From Guillardia theta CCMP2712 (taxonomy: Eukaryota > Protista > Cryptophyta): a stretch of 64,000 bases of DNA. Every line of letters starts with the position of its first letter. Position 1 is the first letter of the stretch. A program made the position numbers and the translations under genes. Of this stretch, positions 1 through 10,405 are shown piece by piece. Under the pieces are notes generated by a model. That model saw only the letters and a list, made by a program, of their open reading frames with translations. It made no database searches and was not told where the DNA came from. Location of the stretch: contig NW_005434670.1 of NCBI RefSeq assembly GCF_000315625.1, positions 1,070,258 to 1,134,257 of the forward strand, given 5' to 3'.

Positions 1-691
1 ACGAGTCCTTCGAGTCTCAGGGAAGCCTGAGATCCACCGCGAGAGTGAGGCAGGAAGAGGAGACGGCGGGGGAGGAGAGGGGAGGCGAGGAGCCGTCAAG
101 TAGTCCCATGGACAGCTTGAACCATGTTGGGGAGGGAGGAGAGGAGAATGGAACGGATGTGGGCGGGGTGGCGGTGGAGGAATCGAGCGGCGCGCGTGAC
201 AGTCAAGTGGGTCGCTTCTTAGTTAACGGCTTCAAGGTGAAGGAGGACGATCAGTTGAAGCCTGTTGTGGAGATCCTCCGCTCCGTACCGAAGCGAGGAT
301 GCCTGTGGAAAGGAGTGCGAAAGAGTTCCAAGCTGAATTTCAGCGAAGGAGAGTCAAATTGCGTGTATCTGCTACCAGAGCAGGAAGAAGATGAAGGAAC
401 TTGTGCTCCCGTCAGCAGCTGGCGGACTTCCCTCGATGTAGAGGTAACGAACTTGATTCTTACGGCAGTTTTCCCTTCTCTCACTCCCCGCTCCCTTCCC
501 TCTGCTTCTCACTATCACCCCCCCTCCTCACCTCTGCGCTTGCTCGAGTACTGGCGCCTGCCTTGTCCTTGATTTCTACTGCCCATGAATACTTGAGGCA
601 GGAAGAGCTGGAAGTGGCCGAGGAGGAGCTTGACCAGCTTGTCCGAGAAAACACTCGCGTGAATGCAGGCTCTTCCTACAGCTTCTGCTGA
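1..691 (+). CDS. 3' part of a hypothetical spliced gene that runs in from the window edge
   Basis: Open frame 45-443 (acidic, then KPVVEILRSVPKRGCLWKG), gtaacg donor at ~444 followed by a pyrimidine-rich intron-like tract, last exon ...EEELDQLVRENTRVNAGSSYSFC* ending at 691. No family recognised. Confidence 0.45.
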
Positions 692-734
692 GTCTTTTGC
701 GCCTCCTCCATGTTTGTCCTACCGGCATACTAAC

Positions 735-3700
735 AAGAAAGAATAGTCTATTAACAATCTCTACTTCTCAACACTGCTTCTCACTGTACAACTGTGTTGC
801 GAAACTGTACATAAGACTTGTGCAGCCCCGACTTGAGGCTGTACATGTCGTGCAAGATCACCTTGACAGCCGCGCGTTAGAGGAGCAGACGGGCGAGAAA
901 AAGACAAGGAAGAAACAAGTAGCCACGACGATCAGCGAGCCAGACGGCAGGAGCAGGACGGGGGAGACAGCTTACCTGCATCTCACAGATATGACGATGG
1001 AGACCTTCGGTTGTCTCCCACTCGCTCAGAGGAACCAGCATGCAGCTGTTCATGATCGAGCTCTTGATGTACCCCACCTGCTCAACCTCAGATCGTAGGA
1101 CAGCTCAGGCGACAATGTCCTACCTCCACACAAACGCACACATCGCGATACCCGACCGTCTCATGCTTGTTGTATGCGGGATCATACCTGCGGTGAAGAT
1201 GAGGAGGAGAGGAGAGGAGGTGCGTGTCGTCAGCTCACCTGTTCTTGATGCATGTGATGCTCATGAACTTCTTGCTCAGCTCCACTCCCTCTCCCTCCGA
1301 CTCCTGCGGACACGAGACTCTCAGACGACTGTCGGTCGGCCCCCAAGACCAGCACAAGCTCACCTCAGCCCCATCAGGCTGCACTTTCCCCCTGTGCGGG
1401 AACCGCTTCTCGTACCCGAACGCAACCTCCGACGTCCTCATCAGATGCTCCACCCACCGCGTCAGCTCCGTCAGGTCCTTCACCACAATGCTGCACCGCA
1501 CGAGGTCCGTGAGCTTGGAGCAGTCTCGCTCGTAGGACCGCACGACTTTCTGCAGAGCGCGCGAGCATGTCTTGATGTTTCCCTGCTTCACCACTCCGTG
1601 CGCGTTCCACCGAGCCACGAAGTCCTGGAAAGGACCGCTCAGCTGCTGCGCTTCTTTGTACAAGAGCTCGATGTCGTTAGATCTTTGCCCCATCTTGAGA
1701 CGTTTGGAGATGCGGGGTTTGTACAGACCCATCAGGATCATCGCCTTCCGACCGAGGCCTCGTCGTTCTGTCTGCCGCGCAACGAGTAGGAGGGAGTTGA
1801 CTTGTCTGGTGAGCTGATACAAACGTTGTAGCATGTCGGCTTCGTTGCGTCTCATCCTGTTCCACGCCTCGCTGAACGCATTTGATTTTTCCTCCAGCTC
1901 CTCGTAGATCGCACGAAGCTTCAAGTAATACATCACAGGCATGGAAATGGCAAGACCAAGCAACACGGTGCCGTACACGTAGAACAAGTAAATGGCCCAC
2001 TGAGCGTTCTGCGCGAAGGTGGTGAAATAGAAGCAGTATGCTCCCTGGAGGAAAAAGACAACGACATAGAAGTACTGCTGTCTGACATGGGCAAAGAAAA
2101 GCCCTACCCAGATAAAGGCCGAAGTAGAAAGACTCCAATACCCATGACAAACAGAGCCGATGCCATTGCCTTGGAATTCACATTGTATGAAGTCCAACAT
2201 GGCGCAGATGACGTACATGAAGGAAACCAGCCAAGCCGTTGAGATCAGAATACGCCCTCCATTCAACGGCGTATTCCTGCGTGCCGCCATGATTCCCATG
2301 ACGTAACACATGGCCCAGAAGATGGAGATGGCTGGATCAGCCAACACTGACCATCGCAACACTTTGGGCTCGACAGGAACGTTGTTATCTGCTTGAAATA
2401 GCCAACGCCGTGTTCCAGTCAAGCCTTGTATCTCGTATGATGCAAAGATCAGGTAAATCATGCTCAAGCAACTGATGATGATCTGAGTAGGGGACTTGAG
2501 TAAACCAGTCTCAATGGCGTTGGAAGTCATCATGGCGAGCCACTGGTTGGCTTCGATGTCTCGATATCGCTCAAGCCGAGACTTGAGGCTTTGAAAGCGC
2601 ATCTCTGACCTCGCCAGGGTCACCGACTGCTTCAGCGCATCCATCGTCTGCTTGTTAAGCACAATGCTGTTGAAGTCTGGTAGCTCATACTCCACGCAGC
2701 TGTGCAGGCGTACGAAATCGTGCAGGTCCAAGTCAATCGCGCTGCGCAGCTGCTGTAGCGAGCTGATCCCCATGAGCGCGAGGATCTGCCTCAGGTCCTC
2801 CAGCAGACCCACAGACCTCAGCCACTCAATCATCTCCGAGGACCTCGGTCGATGCATGGTGAAGTCACTTTGAATCTTGAGGCTTTTCTTGTCCCAGACA
2901 ACCTTTACCGTCTCCATCAGAAAGGTCGCAGCATGCCAGGCAAACGATGAGTCTGACCCTTTGAGCACCAAGAACGAGGTCCTCAGATCCATCATCGGGA
3001 GGGTGAAGGCGTACTCTGACTGGCAAGACTCTCGTTCTTGTGGAGGCAGCAGGATTACAATCGCATCCTTGACTGAGATGTCAGCGATGACCTGGAAGTG
3101 CTTGTCGTTGTATATGCCCATCTTCTGGATGATTACCTTGGCTCGTTCGATGGTCTTCGTGGATGGTGCATGGCTCAAGGCGTTGATCATAGAGAAGGGA
3201 AAGTCGTCCGACCCAGCAGATCTGTCATCGACGAAGATGGGAGCGATCGCACGAATCCACCCAATGTTGTTGTACAGGAAGTAGATGGCTAGGATGATGT
3301 GTAAAAGGATCTCGCTCGACTCATCTTTTCCTTCCTCGGGGCGGATCGAAAGCAGTTTGTTCAAGGTACCTGTGCCCGTGTCATCAAGACTAACGAAAGG
3401 TGCGAAGAGGAGGCTGTTGGTGGAGCACAAGCAGTTGTCCAAGTAATGCGCCTTGCTGACAGCCGGGAGACATTCGAAGTCCAGGTACGTCTTCTCATTC
3501 GAAAACCTGTCGAACTCAAAATCTTCACACGTCTGTGTGGGCTTGTGCAGGAGGAAGGAGAAGGGCAACTGGCTGGAGAGCATGTGGAAGTTCTTGTGTA
3601 TCTCCTTCTGCCTCTGGACGCCCTGCCATTGAGTATCTCCCTGATCTGAGCCTGCCGACGGGGAGGCATTCTGGCTGACATGACTGTACAGCTCAGAGTG

Positions 3701-3850
3701 CGACCTGAACAAGAGAAAATAATCTGTGAAGAGACCGAAGTCCGAGCCAAACACAGTATGCTCCTCCATGGCAAGGATGAAAGCTTTAGGGGCTCCGATG
3801 TAACGGGCGAATCAAGAAATGAAGTATCATGGCGGGGTATGGTCAGGTAT
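735..3850. repeat. Left arm of a ~3.1-kb inverted segmental duplication (partner 6534-9649)
   Basis: Reverse complement of 6534-9649 with constant register (positions sum to 10384 at both ends and at the ATGs). Gapped similarity continues to ~682/9710. Confidence 0.97.
781..3769 (-). CDS. TIR-like/SAM-like/~6TM/RelA-SpoT-like nucleotidyltransferase protein, copy A (5 exons)
   Basis: Long first exon from 3769 plus four 3' introns mirroring copy B (coordinate = 10384 - x); stop at 783-781. Motifs: NIKTCSRALQKVVRSY, DLVRCSIV, KNRYDP..GYRDV, ICEMQV, HKSY; six hydrophobic segments. Confidence 0.85.
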
Positions 3851-5576
3851 CGTGAATTCTTTCACCGTGAAGAGTGGAGGGGTTCGAAGAAGTAGCCTAA
3901 GGTTACGTGATGGACTCTTGCGCACTGCTGATTGCCTTGCACATTGTTACTGCCAGTCCCGACCGACATGGAAATCAGATTTCTGCATCAAGCCGTATCC
4001 AGAAAAAGCACCAAATCTGAGTTTGTATGAGAAGGGGTACACATGCAGTTTCTTGCTGAAAACATTGCCACTGCCTCTGAGGTCGTTTGACCTACGGATG
4101 GCCACAAGGATTCGCAATTTGAGATAGAGATGGGGCAGTAAGTTAAGTCTGTCTTGATATCGACCGTTTTATGATCCACAGAACTAAATCTTCTCTCCAA
4201 ATGGATCTTGTTGAACTTGGATCGCTCAGGGGTACAGGGTGGGGTTTGCACAGCACGAATATAGCTACCCGGATACACAGAACTGGTTAGATAGAGCCAA
4301 GGAAATGAGGAATAGGAAACACAGACGATGATATGAAGCCACTATGGTCAGAGAGGAGGGGCGAGAAAGGCTCCGTCATGATGTTGTTCCGGCCGCTCCA
4401 TCATGCGGAGCATAGCTGGTGATGAACTGACCGCTGTATGGGGGTAGGGTACAATCATCTTTTTTTGTACCTAGGTGGGTGGTGATGCACGAAACGATGT
4501 ACCGGTGCTTATCTATGATATTTTACAGAAATTATTACGGTAGGGTACTCTTGAAAAATCAACCATCACACGTTGTTTCGATAGTAAAAGGGGTAGGGTG
4601 GACTACCCTACCTCTTCTCTGTCTCCTGCGGGAAGCCTCATTCGGTTTACTTTACCACTGAGTTTAACCCCACCCCACCCATCGAAATAACGCACTACTA
4701 CCCCAATGAACTAAGTACCCCTTAAAACACACTACCCCACTAGATTACATGTTGACAATCCACCCCTCCAAGACTTGCGACCTTACCCTACCCCCTAGTC
4801 GACACTGTGTAGTCATCTTGTTGCTAAATGGACCCCTTTTAAATCCCACTTCTACCCACCCTTTTCCCAACTTTTTCATCCCTTTGGTACGCCTATGGAT
4901 TTTGTGGAAGGAGTCATCAAGAGATCACCCATGTCAAGGTACCCACCCCTTCTGCATACCACCTACCCAAGTCTCACGTCGGTACAAATTGGATTGTCTC
5001 TTCCAACCTACAGGGATATCTTGTATCTGGGGTACCCTATAAACCTCCGCCACCACCCCCACCCGCCGTTACACCCCACCCCACCACATCGAAATTTCAT
5101 GCGCAGTTTGTGGCTCGACTCAGGCCGCCAGTAGTAGGAGTCATATTGAAGGAATCGAACACCAAGGTGGGACGTGACCGCAGGTCAAGGGTGTTGGACA
5201 GGGGTGGGGTACTAATATTGGTGGTGGTACGGGCTCGAGAGCCAGAGGCCGATGCCACCAAAACAACACAGGATGGGGTGGGTTATAAAGGCATGCATCG
5301 CGCCGTGATAGGAGGATTATTTTAAAATTATTTACAATTAAAAAATGATTTATTCAAGATCTGAGGCTCCAAAAAGCACCTTTTCCCATCAAGGAGTCAA
5401 CGGGTGGATGGTGTAATTTTGCTGTTTTGATACCGGTGGCCCAAAGTTAATTGTCAGGAGGGAAACAATTCAGGTGGTTTCGTGGAGGACCCCGAAATCA
5501 TCTTCAATTTTCATACGAACTTTACAATTGTCAGCACACCGTCACAACAATACAATAATGGGCCTCCTAAAACATA

Positions 5577-6140
5577 GCCGCCGGCCCGGCGCCGGGGCTC
5601 CGACTCCGGCCGCCCGCGCGGCCGGCCCAGGGGGTCCGACGGCGATCGGGCCGATCATCCGATCGGCGGACTCGATCGGACCGGGCGGCCACGCCGCCGC
5701 CCGGGATGCCGCAGTGACTCTCAGCCGGCCCGGTGCCCCCCCAGGCTTCCGATGATCGGCTCAGCGGCTCCGAGTCAGTCCACTGGGTGGCCAGGCTCAG
5801 GCTCAGGCCACTCAGTGAGTGGCAGCCGGGGCAAGGTGACCGGGGCCGGGCCGGCCGGGCGGCGGGCGACTGCGTCACCCGGCGGGCCGAACGCCGGGTG
5901 CAGTCACGGTGACGGCGGGCCGGGTGCCGGTGCCGCTGAGTGGCCGCGTGGCCCTGCGGCGGACCGTTCCGAGTCCGGCCGAACTTCATCAGTCCGATCC
6001 TGGCACGGTGGCCCATCACCGTGGCACCGTGAGGCCCGGCCGAGTCGGTAACTAAGTTGAAACCTTTCGAGTCTCAAAATGCAAAAGACTAATCAGCCCG
6101 GCCCCCCCCCCGGCCCGGGCCCACGGTGGTTCGGAGGGCC
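5577..6140. promoter_or_regulatory. GC-rich, palindrome-dense intergenic island between the divergent duplicated genes
   Basis: Very dense CCGG, GGCC, CCGATC/GATCGG, GAGTC/GACTC and CACGGT words; only low-complexity ORFs. Regulatory role is inferred from position only. Confidence 0.4.
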
Positions 6141-6533
6141 GTAAACTACTCTTGGACCCGGGTCGTATCACTCCGAATTTTCCACCCCCTAATGTCCATG
6201 ATACTACCCCACCTTTCTGCTATGAAAACTATATATAATAATTGTCCTGTTCGCCACCCCCATTCATAGCCAGACAGCCACCCACCCGGGAGTACACCTG
6301 CTGGCATACAACCGACTCCTCGAACACCTCGTACCCTATGGCGAGCATATGTGGTTTGCCTTCCCACTGCTCTACACACGCACATCCTTGTACCGAGTCC
6401 CCTATGCTTGCAACTGCTCGTGCTTGATATCATCGCCTGCCTCTGACGTCCATCCATGCTAACATCTGACCACAAACAGATTGAGATACATCTCCACATT
6501 AATCCTCAAAGCCTCTTATGAGAGAGATATACA

Positions 6534-9500
6534 ATACCTGACCATACCCCGCCATGATACTTCATTTCTTGATTCGCCCGTTACATTGGAGCCCCTAAAG
6601 CTTTCATCCTTGCCATGGAGGAGCATACTGTGTTTGGCTCGGACTTCGGTCTCTTCACAGATTATTTTCTCTTGTTCAGGTCGCACTCTGAGCTGTACAG
6701 TCATGTCAGCCAGAATGCCTCCCCGTCGGCAGGCTCAGATCAGGGAGATACTCAATGGCAGGGCGTCCAGAGGCAGAAGGAGATACACAAGAACTTCCAC
6801 ATGCTCTCCAGCCAGTTGCCCTTCTCCTTCCTCCTGCACAAGCCCACACAGACGTGTGAAGATTTTGAGTTCGACAGGTTTTCGAATGAGAAGACGTACC
6901 TGGACTTCGAATGTCTCCCGGCTGTCAGCAAGGCGCATTACTTGGACAACTGCTTGTGCTCCACCAACAGCCTCCTCTTCGCACCTTTCGTTAGTCTTGA
7001 TGACACGGGCACAGGTACCTTGAACAAACTGCTTTCGATCCGCCCCGAGGAAGGAAAAGATGAGTCGAGCGAGATCCTTTTACACATCATCCTAGCCATC
7101 TACTTCCTGTACAACAACATTGGGTGGATTCGTGCGATCGCTCCCATCTTCGTCGATGACAGATCTGCTGGGTCGGACGACTTTCCCTTCTCTATGATCA
7201 ACGCCTTGAGCCAAACGCCATCCACGAAGACCATCGAACGAGCCAAGGTAATCATCCAGAAGATGGGCATATACAACGACAAGCACTTCCAGGTCATCGC
7301 TGACATCTCAGTCAAGGATGCGATTGTAATCCTGCTGCCTCCTCAAGAACGAGAGTCTTGCCAGTCAGAGTACGCCTTCACCCTCCCGATGATGGATCTG
7401 AGGACCTCGTTCTTGGTGCTCAAAGGGTCAGACTCATCGTTTGCCTGGCATGCTGCGACCTTTCTGATGGAGACGGTAAAGGTTGTCTGGGACAAGAAAA
7501 GCCTCAAGATTCAAAGTGACTTCACCATGCATCGTCCGAGGTCCTCGGAGATGATTGAGTGGCTGAGGTCTGTGGGTCTGCTGGAGGACCTGAGGCAGAT
7601 CCTCGCGCTCATGGGGATCAGCTCGCTACAGCAGCTGCGCAGCGCGATTGACTTGGACCTGCACGATTTCGTACGCCTGCACAGCTGCGTGGAGTATGAG
7701 CTACCAGACTCCAACAGTGTACAGCTCATAAAGCAGTCGATGGATGCGCTGAAGCAGTCGGTGACCCTGGCGAGGTCAGAGATGCGCTTTCAAAGCCTCA
7801 AGTCTCGGCTTGAGCGATATCGAGACATCGAAGCCAACCAGTGGCTCGCCATGATGACTTCCAACGCCATTGAGACTGGTTTACTCCAGTCCCCTACTCA
7901 GATCATCATCTCAGGTGTTAGCATGATTTACCTGATCTTTGCATCATACGAGATACAAGGCTTGACTGGAACACGGCGTTGGCTATATCAAGCAGATAAC
8001 AACGTTCCTGTCGAGCCCAAAGTGTTACGATGGTCAGTGTTGGCTGATCCAGCCATCTCCATCTTCTGGGCAATTGGATACATTGTTGGGATCATGGCGG
8101 CACGCAGGAATACGCCGTTGAATGGAGGGCGTATTCTGATCTCAACGGCTTGGCTGGTTTCCTTCATGTACGTCGTCTGCGCCATGTTGGACTTCATACA
8201 ATGTGAATTCCAAGGCAATGGCATCGGCTCTGTTTGTCATGGGTATTGGAGTCTTTCTACTTCGGCCTTTATCTGGGTAGGGCTTTTCTTTGCCCATGTC
8301 AGACAGCAGTACTTCTATGTTGTGCTGTGTTTCCTCCAGGGAGCATACTGCTTGTACTTCACTACCTTCGCGCAGAACGCTCAGTGGGCCATTTACTTGT
8401 TCTACGTGTTCGGCACCATGTTACTTGTCTTTACCATTTCCATGCCTGTGATGTATTACTTGAAGCTTCGTGCGATCTACGAGGAGCTGGAGGAAAAATC
8501 AAATGCGTTCAGCGAGGCGTGGAACAGGATGAGACGCAACGAAGCCGACATGCTACAACGTTTGTATCAGCTCACCAGACAAGTCAACTCCCTCCTACTC
8601 GTTGCGCGGCAGACAGAACGACGAGGCCTGGGTCGGAAGGCGATGATCCTGATGGGTCTGTACAAACCCCGCATCTCCAAACGTCTCAAGATGGGGCAAA
8701 GATCTAACGACATCGAGCTCTTGTACAAAGAAGCGCAGCAGCTGAGCGGTCCTTTCCAGGACTTCGTGGCTCGGTGGAACGCGCACGGAGTGGTGAAGCA
8801 GGGAAACATCAAGACATGCTCGCGCGCTCTGCAGAAAGTCGTGCGGTCCTACGAGCGAGACTGCTCCAAGCTCACGGACCTCGTGCGGTGCAGCATTGTG
8901 GTGAAGGACCTGACGGAGCTGACGCGGTGGGTGGAGCATCTGATGAGGACGTCGGAGGTTGCGTTCGGGTACGAGAAGCGGTTCCCGCACAGGGGGAAAG
9001 TGCAGCCTGATGGGGCTGAGGTGAGCTTGTGCTGGTCTTGGGGGCCGACCGACAGTCGTCTGAGAGTCTCGTGACCGCAGGAGTCCGAGGGGGAGGGAGT
9101 GGAGCTGAGCAAGAAGTTCATGAGCATCACATGCATCAAGAACAGGTGAGCTGACGACACGCACCTCCTCTCCTCTCCTCCTCATCTTCACCGCAGGTAT
9201 GATCCCGCATACAACAAGCATGAGACGGTCGGGTATCGCGATGTGTGCGTTTGTGTGGAGGTAGGACATTGTCGCCTGAGCTGTCCTACGATCTGAGGTT
9301 GAGCAGGTGGGGTACATCAAGAGCTCGATCATGAACAGCTGCATGCTGGTTCCTCTGAGCGAGTGGGAGACAACCGAAGGTCTCCATCGTCATATCTGTG
9401 AGATGCAGGTAAGCTGTCTCCCCTGTCCTGCTCCTGCCGTCTGGCTCGCTGATCGTCGTGGCTACTTGTTTCTTCCTTGTCTTTTTCTCGCCCGTCTGCT

Positions 9501-9649
9501 CCTCTGACGCGCGGCTGTCAAGGTGATCTTGCACGACATGTACAGCCTCAAGTCGGGGCTGCATAAGTCTTACGTACAGTTTCGCAACACAGTTGTACAG
9601 TGAGAAGCAGTGTTGAGAAGTAGAGATTGTTAATAGACTATTCTTTCTT
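6534..9649. repeat. Right arm of the inverted segmental duplication (partner 735-3850); 2683-bp unique spacer
   Basis: atacctgaccatacccc at 6534 is the reverse complement of ggggtatggtcaggtat ending at 3850; taatagactattctttctt ending at 9649 matches 735 onward. Confidence 0.97.
6615..9603 (+). CDS. TIR-like/SAM-like/~6TM/RelA-SpoT-like nucleotidyltransferase protein, copy B (5 exons)
   Basis: Exons 6615-9020, 9081-9145, 9197-9260, 9307-9408, 9523-9603; GT-AG introns of 60, 51, 46 and 114 nt splice in frame to ...IKNRYDPAYNKHETVGYRDVCVCVEVGYIK...HICEMQVILHDMYSLKSGLHKSYVQFRNTVVQ*. The 5' end could extend upstream. Confidence 0.85.
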
Positions 9650-10405
9650 TACGGTTGGTATCAGTGCCGGTAGGCCCAGGTGACAAACGGCGCAAAAGGC
9701 TCAGCAGAAGATTTGTTAAATTACGTAGTAAGACTCTTCAATTGACATGTCTTGTAGGGAGATCGTGTATGCCTCTTAACTCCCCAAAAGCCTACTGGGA
9801 ATCATCATGACCGTCGCTATCGGAGGATTGGCCGGGCCTGGGCAGCTGGCCCGGGCCCGACCGCCTGGGCGGTGCCTTCAAAATCAGATCCGCCTCAGCA
9901 AAGCTGCGCGGCACCAAGAGCCATGCTGGCGTCGTTGCTTACCATGCTGAACGAGACAGCAACGGAGGCGCCGGAAGGGTTCTATGCATCAGACGGGCAG
10001 ACCAGCGTCAATGCTGTAAGTGAATGTACTGCTTGTGGCTGTGAGAATATTTGTCCTGTTTCTCCTCAAATGCATTTTTTGTGCCCCTGCGCAAATTTGG
10101 CAATGTGTTGATTCGTGCGCTTCCATGGCTCAAAACCTCTGTCGCTATGGATTACAGTCTAGCTTTGAAACAACACTGTGTTGTCTTGTTAAATTGAAGG
10201 AGAATTGCTGTTGACGATTTCTTCTTTTTTCTCTTTTTACAGTACAGCGCGAATTGTGGAGTAGTTTACGTCTACGGCCCCCCAGGGTTTCAGCCAAAGA
10301 CATGGGGACAGGGAAGTTGTTTTGATCCGACCATGGTATCATTGCCCGCCGATTATGTAGAAGTGTTTCAATAGATATTCAAAGAGAGAAGCATCTGGAC
10401 TCATG

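Noticed and set aside
5474-6051. Ala/Arg/Pro/Gly-rich ORFs in GC islands (also 23886-24451 and 36826-37447)
   Set aside because: Stop-codon scarcity from extreme GC content; no domain-like sequence.
9072-9074. Apparent premature TGA truncating copy B (819 vs 844 aa), suggesting a pseudogene
   Set aside because: It lies inside a 60-nt GT-AG intron (9021-9080); the spliced frame is intact in both copies.
735-9649. Long inverted repeats as transposon or Polinton terminal repeats
   Set aside because: The arms are a spliced cellular-type gene; the spacer shows no transposase, integrase or polymerase, and no target-site duplication was seen.
9872-10214. Small Cys-rich gene downstream of copy B
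   Set aside because: Possibly real, but I could not build a consistent splice model or assign a family.
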